A stretch of 63,935 nt of DNA, the filler included, from Octopus bimaculoides (lineage: Eukaryota): assembly GCF_001194135.2 (NCBI RefSeq). It is 6 parts of 5 records of this genome, joined end to end, with 100 filler letters (N's around TTAATTAATTAA, not from the genome) between each part and the next. Parts side by side here need not be neighbours in the genome. Positions count along the whole stretch, not along the records: positions 1 to 14,699 come from NC_068983.1; positions 14,800 to 22,604 come from NC_068996.1; positions 22,705 to 39,165 come from NC_068988.1; 3 more parts are not named here. One strand, given 5' to 3'. Within the stretch, counting starts at the first letter, position 1, and each line of letters opens with the position of its first letter. The notes under the pieces were generated by a model. The model searched no databases. It had not been told where the DNA came from and worked only from the letters and a program-made list of their open reading frames with translations. Position numbers and translations under genes: made by a program. Below, in pieces: positions 11,401 through 23,096 of the stretch.

Positions 11401-13501
11401 GTTGGCTTCAGAATTTGTTCCTGTGTAAGACAAAAGACAACAGAAGAAATTTGATAGCAACAAATGAATTTTTAAAAATTAAAAAACAAAAAACAAGTCA
11501 TGAAAGCATTAAACCCTTTCACTGCAAAATTAAATTTCATGGTTATTCCAGTAATGATGTTAACTATCTACCAAAAAATAGAATTAGTATTTTCTGCAAG
11601 TCATGTTACCTCGATAAACTTTACATATCTCAACAAAATTTCAAATATGACATTCCACAATAAAAGATTGGTATACAAAACTGCTTTCTGCAATTAAGGG
11701 TAATGAAATTTTGAGTGGATAGATCTGATTTCATTTATATTATTTACAATTGACAGATATTTGTCCTCATCTTATTTGTTGTAAACACATTTCAGCTGAT
11801 ATACCCTCCAGCTGTCATCAGGTGTCTTGGGGAAATTTCGAACCTGGGTTCTCATTCCTAAGGTATTTTTCGATGTTATTATTATTATTATTCAGGTAAC
11901 TGCTTGGAATCGAACTCGGTTAATAGCCCGCACTCTTAACCACTACGCCATATGCCCGTGGGCAATTATGGAGTGAATTTTAGGGCTTATAAATCTAATA
12001 TTTTCGTATCCTTCCTTAATACCGGTTCCCATATGCTGTTCATATCTGCACTCAGTCTGCTTAAGAGGTTGTTGTGTCCAAGCATATTGCTGCTTCTTTT
12101 AGTTTTCGTATTTTCCAGTGGTGTTCTCTGTTTATTATTTTAACTTCATCCCACAGAGGGAGGTGATTTCCATTTTTCCATACATGATCAGCTATACCCG
12201 ATTTATCAGTATCTCTCCGTATCACAGCTTTGCAATATTCTTCTACCCTTATTTTGAGGGGGCGGCATGTTTCGCCTTTGTATAACCTACCACAGCTGCA
12301 TGGGATGGAGTACACACAGTTCTTAGTCATATTCTCTTCTATTGGTGGTTTTACTCGAAGGAGATATTTGCGAAGTGTTGTATTACTTTTGAATACTGTC
12401 CTGATGTCATATGGGCCGCATATCTTTTGTATCTTTTCGGAGAGGCCTTTCACATAGGGTAGACAGACTGTGGACAGTTCATCGGTTTCGTCCTCTCTTT
12501 TCTTCATAACTGGAGTGGAGAGTATGTTTTTGAATTATGAAGAAAAGAGAGGATGAAACCAATAAACTATCCACAGTCTATCTACCCTATGTGAAAGGCC
12601 TCTCTGAAAAGATACAAAAGATATGCGGCCCATATGACATCAGGACAGTATTCAAGAGTAATACAACACTTCGCAAATATCTCCTTCGAGTAAAACCACC
12701 AACAGAAGAGAATATGACTAAGAAATACGTGTACTCCATCCCATGCAGCTGTGGTAGGTTTTACAAAGGCGAAACATGCCGCTCCTTCAAAATAAGGGTA
12801 GAAGAACATCGCAAAGCTGTGACAAGGGGAGATATTAATAAATCAGGTATAGCTGATCATGTATGGAAAAATGGAGACCACCTCCTCCTGTGGGATGAAG
12901 TTAAAATAATTAACAGAGAACACCACTGGGAAATACGAAAACTAAAAGAAGCAGCACAAATGCTAGGACAACAACCTCCTAAGCAGACCAAGTGCAGATA
13001 TGAAAAGCATATGGGAACTGGTATTAAGGAAGGATAGGAGAATATTAGATTTATAAGCCCTAAAATTCACTCAATAATAATAACATTGAAAAATACCTTA
13101 TGAGAACCCCGGTTCGAAATTTCCCCAAGATATACCCTGGAGGGTATATCAGCTGAAACTGAAACAAACAAGATGAGGACAAATATCCGTCAATTGTAAA
13201 TAATGTACATAATTCCTCATCTCTTAAATATAGAACTGTAACATCTGATTTCTGCAGTAAAAGAGTTAATGAGCTAATTTACATAATAATTGCTTTACTC
13301 ACCTACAACACCATCAGCAGATATAGCAAGGAAATTACAAAAACTGGGTAATAATTGCTTTAGAAAATTACCAATATCCAAACGCATACATTTAGCAGTT
13401 CTATGGAAGCGGGTCATGTGATTGCTTGGGATTTTGAGTGGCTCCTCAAATAAAGTTGATGAACAGAAGCCAATGAAGTTAACCGGTTCATGCCATATCT
13501 C
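8457..13501 (-). CDS. FBXO22: F-box only protein 22 (FIST domain), 3' part (3 exons; F-box exons not seen before the spacer at 14700)
   Basis: Exons 13501-13303, 11420-11096, 8859-8457 have GT-AG boundaries and matching phases (927 nt). The last exon encodes the FIST_C motif FAFMFTCIGRGFHHY...ESAVFRQFFPKTPLVGFFGTGEVG...HTYTTIICLL, as in metazoan FBXO22. Confidence 0.92.
11784..11826 (-). ncRNA. Decayed minimal type-I hammerhead ribozyme motif in the Penelope terminal repeat
   Basis: Minus strand reads GACAC-CUGAUGA-C-AGCUG-gaggguauau-CAGCU-GAAA-U-GUGUU. Helix I (GACAC/GUGUU), core and helix II are present; helix III and the NUH triplet are missing. Confidence 0.6.
11895..11968 (-). mobile_element. 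Short tRNA-derived SINE with (AAT)n tail, inserted in the left Penelope arm only
   Basis: Minus strand GGCGTAGTGGTTAAGAGTGCGGGC...GAGTTCGATTCC has A/B-box-like motifs followed by AATAATAAT. It is absent from the right arm. Confidence 0.7.
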
Positions 13502-14100
13502 CTGAAAGAAAGAAGAAAATGGTAAAAAAAAAACATTATTTATAGTATGTATGATCATAAAATTTACCAAGTGTTCTTCTATATCTATATACTAGCAGTA
13601 ATACCCGTCGTTGATCAGGTAATTACTTTTACTCTTTCTTGGGAGCCACATTCAAAGTGTTATTATATATATATATAAATTTACTCCTCCTGTGTGTATT
13701 CTATAAGTAAAAAACATGTAATATTTGAAGTAGAAAAAGATCAATTTCATACACAAACTTCTGATTGTTTATTATATGACAATGATAAGTGAGATGTACG
13801 TGTTATTTTATACATCAATACAGTAATGGCAATTATATAATACACAAGGCTTTGGTTGGCACAGAGCTGTAATGAAAGAGAATTGCCCAACATGCCGCAC
13901 AGTGGGACTGAACCCAAGGCGACATGGTTGGAAAGGAAGCTTCTCAACCACACGGCCACCCCTATAAAGGAGAGATACATTTTGGATAATATATTCCTTG
14001 ATACAATATGCTTAATAAAAAGATGGGATGTTTACAGCAAGAAGACCTTTGATTTTAATATTTACTCGAGCAACACAACAACTACCAGTACTACACCATA

Positions 14101-14582
14101 CAGAGTGTTCCAGAATTAACTATCTGTTTCAATGAAATTGAGCAAATTTTTTAAAAACTGACAGAATTTAATGTTTATCACCAAAACAAATAGATTCATG
14201 AATCTTACATCAAACTTTTAATGAAACTTTTCAGCATGTTTGTATCCCTGCATACTTCAAATCTCTTCTTAGTGTTGTGAAACACATTTTGGAGCATTTC
14301 AGGAGTTAGCTCCTGTACTGCTAACTGAATGTTCTTTAAGCTCAGCTAAATGATTCCTCCATCCTGGAGATGGAGGTAAAGAAAATGATTGCTGACAAAT
14401 TGAAAAAAAGCTGTCATGGACAAATAAGAGGGGTCCAACAGGAATGAAAATAAAATTATAATCAAAATTCAAAATCTATACACTTTTAATACATATTGAA
14501 CATGATAAACATAAATAAAAGTGAGTTTTTAAAAAAATGCATCCAATTTCACTCAAATCATCATTAATTCTAGGACACCCTG
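14101..14582 (-). mobile_element. Tc1/mariner-type non-autonomous element with a transposase C-terminal remnant
   Basis: TIRs CAGAGTGTTCCAGAATT and AATTCTAGGACACCCTG are flanked by TA on both sides. The minus strand has the remnant IQLAVQELTPEMLQNVFHNTKKRFEVC. Confidence 0.8.
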
Positions 14583-14699
14583 TATTTACTCGTCTGGCTA
14601 AATGGTGGGGGTGGGAGGGAGTAATTGTAGGTGGCAAGCATAGCTTCTGGAAGTGGTCACGCGGTCAAACTCAAATGGCTGTGAGTCACAATAGCAGTT

Positions 14700-14799
14700 N
14701 NNNNNNNNNNNNNNNNNNNNNNNNNNNNNNNNNNNNNNNNNNNTTAATTAATTAANNNNNNNNNNNNNNNNNNNNNNNNNNNNNNNNNNNNNNNNNNNN
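14700..14799. other. Artificial 100-nt join spacer (N44-TTAATTAATTAA-N44)
   Basis: Identical construct at 14700-14799, 22605-22704, 39166-39265, 50448-50547, 62819-62918. The 12-mer places stop codons in all six frames. Confidence 0.95.
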
Positions 14800-15269
14800 G
14801 CACCATTTGAGCGTGATCATTACCAGCGTTGCCTTACTGGCACTTGTGCCGGTGGCATGTGAACAAAACATTCGAGCGAGGTCGTTGCCAGCGCCGCTGG
14901 ACTGACTCCTGTGCAGGTGGCACATAAAAACACCATTTGAGTGTGGCCATTGCCAGTACCACCAGACTGGCCCTCGTGCCAGTGGCACATAAAAGCACTC
15001 ACTACACTCTTGGAGTGGTTGGTGTTAGGAAGGGCATCCAGCTGTAGAAACTCTGCTAGATCAGATTGGAGGCTGGTGCAGCCATCTGATTCGCCAGTCC
15101 TCAGTCAAATCGTCCAGCTCGTGCAACCATGGAAAGCGGATGTTAAACGATGATGATGATGACATATATATATATATAAACTTTTATTTACATACATATA
15201 TGATGATGGCTATCCACTCATGACTGAGGAAGACCATTAAGAACATTGTGAACCCAGACAAATTCATAC

Positions 15270-16075
15270 TCTACACTAGTGGCTCTGCTTGTGACTAATG
15301 AGTCCAACTCTTGAGAAACATAAAGGTCCACAAATATTGCAGACCAAATTTACCCCATTAACTACACTGGTGGTGCATTTTTGAGCAGCTCACTTAAATT
15401 CTGCCTGAAAAATGCGTGCTTTTTTTCCTTTAAAAATACCCACTTTTTCTTTTACTTGTTTCTTCCATTGGTGTGGCAATGATATGTGTTGCTTCCTCAA
15501 TTGACCTCCCATATTTCACTTGCCATCAATGAGAGCTTTACACAATTCTTAAATCATAGTCTTGGTTTCTGCTGGGGGTACTTTCCACAAACAAGTTTGC
15601 CATGTAACATCTGCATAGAGATCCTCCAACCATCAGCCCAATCAAGGTGTCCAGTCCAATGTATACAGTGCACCTCAATACCCAAAATGGATGTTAGCTC
15701 CTCTCAAGGCCTCTGTATCTGGAATCTGCAAGGACCAGCCAACATTCAGAATGTATGTCTGATGAAAGCATCTCTGATGAAAGCATTCAAGGATTCTTTA
15801 TGTGATGCTTGTAAAGGGGTTCATATCTCACATGGGTAAAGAAACAACATCAACACACATATATAGTACATAGTGATGACTTATTGGGAATAGACACAAG
15901 ATTCAAGAACCCTGAAGGAATTGGTTACTTTCTGAAGCCTTAAAGATATTTCACCATCTGGGGAGTGAGAATGGCTGAATGTGCTGCCCAAGTAGACAAA
16001 ATTGTCAACCACTTGCAGTACTATTACTTCAACTAAGAGATGGTTTCATATACGGATTTCCTGATGCAGGCTGGA
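15270..16075 (-). mobile_element. Decayed RTE-clade LINE, 3' portion of ORF2
   Basis: Interrupted minus-strand peptides LQVVDNFVYLGSTF...GEISLRLQK, DGWRISMQMLHGKL..GK, and the C-terminal zinc finger VCNICGPLCFSRVGLISHKQSH*. Several stops are present. Confidence 0.8.
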
Positions 16076-16888
16076 ACATATGCATATACACATATACATA
16101 CATACAGACAGACAAACTGGAACCAAAGAAGTCAGTTGATCAGAGACAAAATCACAATGGTTATATAGGATCAGACCTACTACAATGGTCAGTAATCCAT
16201 TACAATTATCACAAAGCCATTGTACCTCCTTAATCTCAACCTCCTAATATAATGATAAGCGTAGTGTTTTTATATATTTGTATGTATATATATATATATT
16301 TGTTCAAAATCACACATAGGAGTGAATGGTGAAGTAGGAGGAGAGAAAATAGTAATTCAGTGAAGGGGAAGTAGTGTGAGTGGTAGCCATGATTGAGAGG
16401 GAGTGAGAGAAAGTAATAGCAATGAAAGAGAGGAAGTGGCAAAGAGAGCACCATGTATCTTCTACAATAATAATCTACTATAATAATACTCTTGTGTATT
16501 TCTCCATCACAACATATGAATGAGCAATCATTATAGCACAATCCCATGGTCATTCATGACCAAAGGGGATCTTTACCCTTTACCCTTTTACTTGATCGAG
16601 ATGTTTATCTTTATCAGTCAGTTCAACTACAGAAAGTGGGGTACTGTTTCTAAGTAAGGACACAATACATTTATGGTTTGAATTTATGATCTTGTGACCA
16701 ACAGCTCACATATTAACCATGCAGTGAATGTCTTGGCTCAAAGTACATCAGGCATAAGAATACTAATGCATTTATAGAGGTCGGTTAACAACATATCTAT
16801 TTGGTCATTAATACAAATTCATTGAAAATCTTCAAGTAATGCTCACAATAGTGAAATATCATTAAAAAAAAAACAAAGATGTATTTAC

Positions 16889-17054
16889 CCTCATAGCAAT
16901 TTCTTTTTGTCCGTGACTACAAGCAAGATGTAGAGCAGTATCATCACCCATGTTTGTGGCATTGATACGTGCTCCTCGTGCAATTAGCATATCCACGATA
17001 TTGAGGCGGCCCTCCTTTGCAGCCCAATGCAAAAGACTAAATTGATGGTCATCT
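16889..17054 (-). CDS. ILK: Integrin-linked kinase, single ankyrin-repeat exon
   Basis: 166-nt exon (cttccctctag acceptor, gtaaat donor) reading [55 protein letters not shown], closely matching ILK ankyrin repeats (DDHGFSPLHWACREG...[22 protein letters not shown]). No other ILK exon was found in the window. Confidence 0.88.
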
Positions 17055-18081
17055 CTAGAGGGAAAGAAAAAGAAAAATCACATGTTATCACACAAATTTA
17101 ATCACATGAGGTCATCAAATAAGAATACAAAATACAATTCATTCTGGAGCACTGTTTGTTAACTCAATAGTTCATTATATGAATAATTGAAATACATATA
17201 AACTGGGGTAATTTGTTCTAAGCCACACCCAAACTCCATATAAAAAGCATGAAATGATGTTTTATTTCTCCATCCATCAATTATGAAGACATAAATATAT
17301 ACATATGTGTGTGTGTGTGTGTGAATATTGCACATGCATTTTTCCCCTTTGTCAATTCATGGTTATGTATTTAGTAAAAGACTGTGAGAAATATTGATAT
17401 TTTCTATACAACACATGAAATTTGCAACCATAAAGTACAAACATGGGCATTAACAATCATCTGTATATGCTCCCTTAGTCACTTACATGCATAATCTATT
17501 TGTGATTTGTTGTTCAAATTTCAGTTCATTGGCTGAATATAACTTTCTTCAGGAAAATTGTCTGCTACACCATTCATTTAGCATACCATTTATAGATGCT
17601 CTCCTAACACTTATGATGTATGTGCTTAGTCCACTCATGGTCTGTTGTTCAAATTTCAACTCACTAAGTGAATGGGCTCCCAGTCACTTGTACATATGTG
17701 TAGTCTGTGCTACATTGATTGGATTTCAGCTTATTATGCGAAGTTAATTTTCTTCTGGAAATTTTTTTGTTACACAATTTGTTCATTTAGAGAAACCTAT
17801 ATACATAGATGCCTCATCTCATTACATATGAATTTCTAAAAACTAAACCAAAATATTTTGGAGCTGCATTTATCTTAATGGCTTGATCAGAGACAGTGCT
17901 GAAACTGAAGAAACTACAAACATGGAAGAATTATTCTAACCATTAGTCTTCCTCAAGTTGTTACAACCAAAATATGTTTCACCAGATCACATCAACAACC
18001 TCTGCTCCCCACCCCACTCCCCATTAGATGTGCTCAGCCCTTAATTTCATGTTATGTGTCTTTGCCAATGACATAAGTGTG

Positions 18082-18117
<36 letters not shown>

Positions 18118-19188
18118 CAGCAGCAGCATGGTTAAGAAATGGCTTGCCTGCCATGTGATTTTGAGTTCAGTCTCACTGAACTCTAAGCATGGCACTTTAA
18201 GCAAGTGTCTTCTACTGTAGCTCTCGGCTAATCAAAGACTTATTAACAGATTTGGTTTGTGAAAACTAAAAGATGCCCGTTATACATATGTGTGTATGTG
18301 GAACACTATGTAACTATAATAATATGAAAGTAAAAATGCTTAAAACTAAATGCACTAATCCCCTAAGAACCCTCTCTCAAAATGTAACAGTGAAAAGCAT
18401 GTTAATGTAAAACTTATCTTCACTGCAGAGAATACAATTCGCAAGTATGAATGATGAAAAAGTAAATATATATTCTTTAGAGTTACTTTTTTTTTAAGAG
18501 TTGTCCCCAAAAGTGGTTAGGAAATTAGCCAGTGACAATAGATTTAGTTTTAAATTTTTGCACCTTCTTTTAGTTGAAAGACTCTAAGAATGTTTCCAAA
18601 TATATAACTTGTTTCTAGTGAATAAACATTGATGTGACATGAAGAAGGTTTAGGAGTCAAACAGTTATTAATATCATGGTAGTAGTCTTTTAGGAATTTA
18701 CTTGGAATCACAAACAGGTGATTTCTACTCGTCTGGCAAAGCAGATAATCCAACACAATTACAGAAACTAAGATTACAAGAAAATTGGTGATGCATATGT
18801 TAATACACACACACGCACACACACACGTGCGCGTGCACACACACACACACGTGCGCGCACACACACTATAACCGTAAGGCTCTGATTTCCAGTACTCGAG
18901 TTGCTTGTTTCTGATCATCAGCTGGTGAACTGACCTTGGTTTCTTTTGAGTGAAGTGACAGCATAATTTACTGAAGAACTTATTCAAAATAATCATCTGA
19001 AGAAACATATTTCACACCTTTGATGAACAATAGTGATTAAGCAATAAGTTAATCATATCATCTCATTAATGAACAACAGGTGTAGAAACACTTGTAGTGT
19101 TTGGAATAAAGATTGTCGTTCAATCCATTTTCTCTACTATGGATTCCATACACACACACATTATACATACACACACACACATATATAT

Positions 19189-19233
<45 letters not shown>

Positions 19234-19914
19234 CATACATAAACACACATATATATTTACATACATATATAAACACACACACACACACATATGGTATTGC
19301 ATTAAATACTTTAATCCCTTTTATTTCAATACACTTTTCATAGATATTAAAGTTAATATGAATATAAATGAATTGATAATATTATAATATATCATTAATG
19401 TAAACCAACCACATTTTTTCAAACAAAGTATCAAAAATGATGCTGGTTTCAAATTTTGGCACAAGGCCAGCAATTTGAGGGGAGGGACTAAGTTAATTAC
19501 ATCAACTCCAGTGCCCAACTAGTACTTATTTTATCGACCCTGAGAGGATAAAAGGTAAAGTCAACTTTGGCAGAATTTGAATTGAAAACAGAGATGGACG
19601 AAATGCCACCAAACATTTTACCAGGCACAGTAATGATTCTGCCTTTAGTATCAAAAGAAATATTAAACACCATACCATAAATTCCAATCTTTGACTAAAT
19701 GTATTATACTCTGCAAGCAATTTACTTGACCTGGATTTTCAGTTTGTACAGATATTTTTCTTCTTTTAAGATAAACCATCTACAGATATACCCTCTGTTA
19801 GCCGGTATTCACATGAGTACTGATTGAAGATCTACCTCAGATTTTTAATTCCTTTTTATCTGATATACATACATTGTGCGCGCGCGTCTGTCTGTCTGTC
19901 TATCTATCTATATC

Positions 19915-19966
<52 letters not shown>

Positions 19967-22092
19967 TTATAACAATTTCCTCTTTCGATTTCTCAGACCA
20001 TCAAACTAATAATAATTTCTATTGTGACTTTGTTTCATTTTGTCTTTATTATTTTTATTTCTTCAACAAACAAACAAACAAACATGCACATGCACATACA
20101 TTCATACATATGTACACACACGAGAGATTGATGCAAAAAGAAACACAAGACAGAAAAGGAGAGATATTTCTATCTCTGCGTGTGTGTGCGCGCGCGCGCG
20201 CGCAAAGAAAGCGAGCGGACAGACATATTTAATAGGTGTGTCATAAGAAATTGAAGGAATATATTAAAAAAAAAAACAAAGATAAAATATTACAGAAGGA
20301 ATTTTTGTAATATTTCAGTAAACATCTTTCGGTAAAAGAGGAAGTTATTTCCGCTGAATATGAACTTTCATTCATTTCAAGGGAATAAACACTTAACATT
20401 TCACAAATATTTACATAAAAGCTACAATAATGGAAATGGTGAGGGAGTTGAAGATTTAATCCAGGTTATTTGACTGCCTTGCAACTAGAGATGATTTAAT
20501 ATTTTAACATTTAAACCAGTCATATCCAGCCAAAATATTTTACTTGTTTTATGTTCAAACTAGCCACATCTGGCCCCCTCCCACCAACTCTATAATATCA
20601 TTCTAAAAAAATCTGCAATTACTCCATAAAAATCTCAAAGCTCTGAGATGAATGATTAATTCAAAATAATGTGAATAAATAAGCATTACATTTAACAGAA
20701 TAACCTGAATGCTAAAGAGTTAAAGAATTTTGGGTCAGTGTAGTTTCCATCATCCTCATTATTGTTCTAACAACCACTTTTCCATGCTTGCATGGGTCAG
20801 ATGGAATCAGTTGAAGGAGGTTTTCTACAACCTGATGCTCTTCCTGTCACCAACCCTCACTTATTTCCAAGCCAGATAATATTTCCCCATGACTGGACAT
20901 GCCTTTCACACATGATTGGAAACAAATGTGACTGGTTGTATGACAATACAAGGAGTTATGCATGCATGTACATACATACACACACACATGCATGTGGTTA
21001 AGAAGCTCGCTTTGCAAACCACAAGGCTTTTGGTTCAGTCCCATGGTGCAGCACCTTGGGCAAGTGCTTCTACTATATAGCCCAGAGCCAAGCAATGCCT
21101 TATGAGAGAATTTGGTAGACAGAAACTAGATACTGTGTGCAAGCCCATTGTATACATCAACAAAATGGGTTGGTTAGAAGATGATGATCGATTAGTAGAA
21201 CATCATCATCATCATTGTTTAACGTCTGTTTCCCATGCTGGTATGAGTTGGACGGTTTGACTGAGGTCTGGAGAGCCAGTGGCTGCACCAGGCTCCAATC
21301 TGATCTGGTGATATTTCTACAGCTGGATGTCCTTCCTAACGCCAACCACTCCAAGAGTGTAGTGGGTGCTTTTTACATGCCACTGGCACAGGAGCCAGTC
21401 AGGTGGACCTAGCATCGATCACATTCAGATAGTGCTTTTTACATGTCACCAGCATGGAGGCCAGTCAGGGGGCACTGGCATCAGCCACATTTGGTTGGTG
21501 CTTTTTACATGCCGCTGGCACAGGAGCCAGTCAGGTGCACCTGGCATCGGCCACATTCGGATGGTACTTTTTACATACCTCTGGCATGGGAGCCAGTTAG
21601 GGGGCACTGGCCACAGCTATGATTTTGGTTTAATTAGCAAAGCAGGGTTGATTAGCAGAGGGCAAATGTGAAATGTGAGACATTAAAAAAAAAAATGGGT
21701 GCCTGAATTGTATGGTTTTCTCTCAACAAGCAATCTTTGGAAACAGCAGCAGAATAAGATGAAGACATGTCATACCATTTTACTGGCTTCAAATAGCTTC
21801 TAATCCCAGCCCTAACAGATGTTTATAGACGATTCTACATTACTGCTAACCTTAAAATAAAAAAATAAAAATAAAGAAATAATATTCACCCATATAACAT
21901 ATACCACTCCACCTCTCGCTATTTCTTTACACATCTAAATCTAACAGCAGTATTTTTAGAACAGAACACTATTTATAATATTTATCCATCCCAGTTCAGG
22001 TACTGCTACTTTTTTTTCTTTTAGTTCATTTGTTTTTGTTTCTTTTTTTGCTACCCAAAGGCAAAACAGATGAAAACTGATTATATGATATA

Positions 22093-22400
22093 ATCTATAT
22101 ATATAAAAATGAGAATGTGTGTGTGTGTGTGTGTGTGAATCCCTAAAACTCGAGAACTACGCAACCAATTTCATTCAAGTTTTACACATGCCTTACTTAG
22201 GGTTCCAGTTGTGTTTTAGTCAAAAAAAATTTTGAACTTCTTGTAGAGTTCGAGCCCACGGCAACATAATATCTCCTCCATTATTTAAGTATTACGTGTC
22301 AAAAGTGAAACAAAAACACTCATGTCAAATACTTTCACTTCAAAAATGAAACTATTCCACTAACTGAAACAATCACATTTCGATACTGTAATGACAGATA
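22093..22400 (+). mobile_element. Probable Helitron-like non-autonomous element, 5' end
   Basis: Begins TCTATATATATAAAAATGAGAATG followed by a (GT)n tract, a pattern typical of non-autonomous Helitron 5' ends. The 3' end was not identified. Confidence 0.4.
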
Positions 22401-22785
22401 CTTTCAGAGAGAGAGAGAGAGATGTATATGTATACATATAGATGTATATGTACACGTATATGTATAGATATATATATAGATATAGATCTATATGCATACA
22501 TGTATATGTATACATATGTGTAGATGTATATATATATAGATGTACATGTAATATGTACACATATATACATATATATACATGCATACAGATATCTATACAT
22601 ATATNNNNNNNNNNNNNNNNNNNNNNNNNNNNNNNNNNNNNNNNNNNNTTAATTAATTAANNNNNNNNNNNNNNNNNNNNNNNNNNNNNNNNNNNNNNNN
22701 NNNNTTGGAGGCGGTGGCGGGGAGACAGGAGAAGAGGATGAGGTCATGGATAGTGGAGGACACAGTCTGTTGGTAGCTGGGCGTG

Positions 22786-22808
22786 GGGTTAGGGTTAGGG
22801 TTAGGGTT
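22786..22808 (+). repeat. Short perfect telomere-type repeat (GGGTTA)n
   Basis: GGGTTAGGGTTAGGGTTAGGGTT about 290 nt beyond the PRIM2 stop codon. Confidence 0.85.
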
Positions 22809-23096
22809 GAAAGTATAGAGAGGGAAGTGTGCGGAGGTATAGTTTTAGGCGGTTGTGGAGAGTGAGTTGGAAAGATTTGTAGTCAGGCATGATGGAATGG
22901 GAGAGAAAAGAAAATTAGACGTGGGAAGAATTACAAAAGGTGTGGTGGAAAAAAAACAAGGAATTGGATGGGGTGGAGTGGGAAGGTAACACTAACACAA
23001 ACAAAAACAAACAACTTATTTGTCATCATTTGAAATAAAGAAAAGAAAGAAGAAAAAAGACAGGAGAGAAGGAAGGAGAGAAAAGTTGTAAAGATT

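Larger units (their letters stand above)
11741..13203. mobile_element. Penelope-like element 3' region (GIY-YIG endonuclease plus terminal repeat), duplicated head-to-head
   Basis: ORFs 12507-12061 (-) and 12537-13037 (+) both encode LPYVKGLSEKIQKI...VYSIPCSCG..YKGET.R.LKIRVEEH...KSGIADHVW...REHHW..RKLKEA, a PLE-type GIY-YIG domain. The arms are reverse complements separated by a 25-nt spacer (12510-12534). Confidence 0.92.

Noticed and set aside
14744-14755. Repeated TTAATTAATTAA as a biological motif
   Set aside because: It is always centred in exactly 44+44 Ns and is a six-frame-stop linker added in assembly or concatenation.
13303-17054. ILK-FBXO22 fusion gene
   Set aside because: An artificial spacer at 14700-14799 separates the exons, so adjacency is unproven. 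Fragmented assembly is the simpler explanation.
18550-19008. 152-aa ORF as the missing FBXO22 or ILK first exon
   Set aside because: It spans a (CA)n tract, shows no F-box or ILK N-terminal motif in any frame, and lacks a convincing donor.
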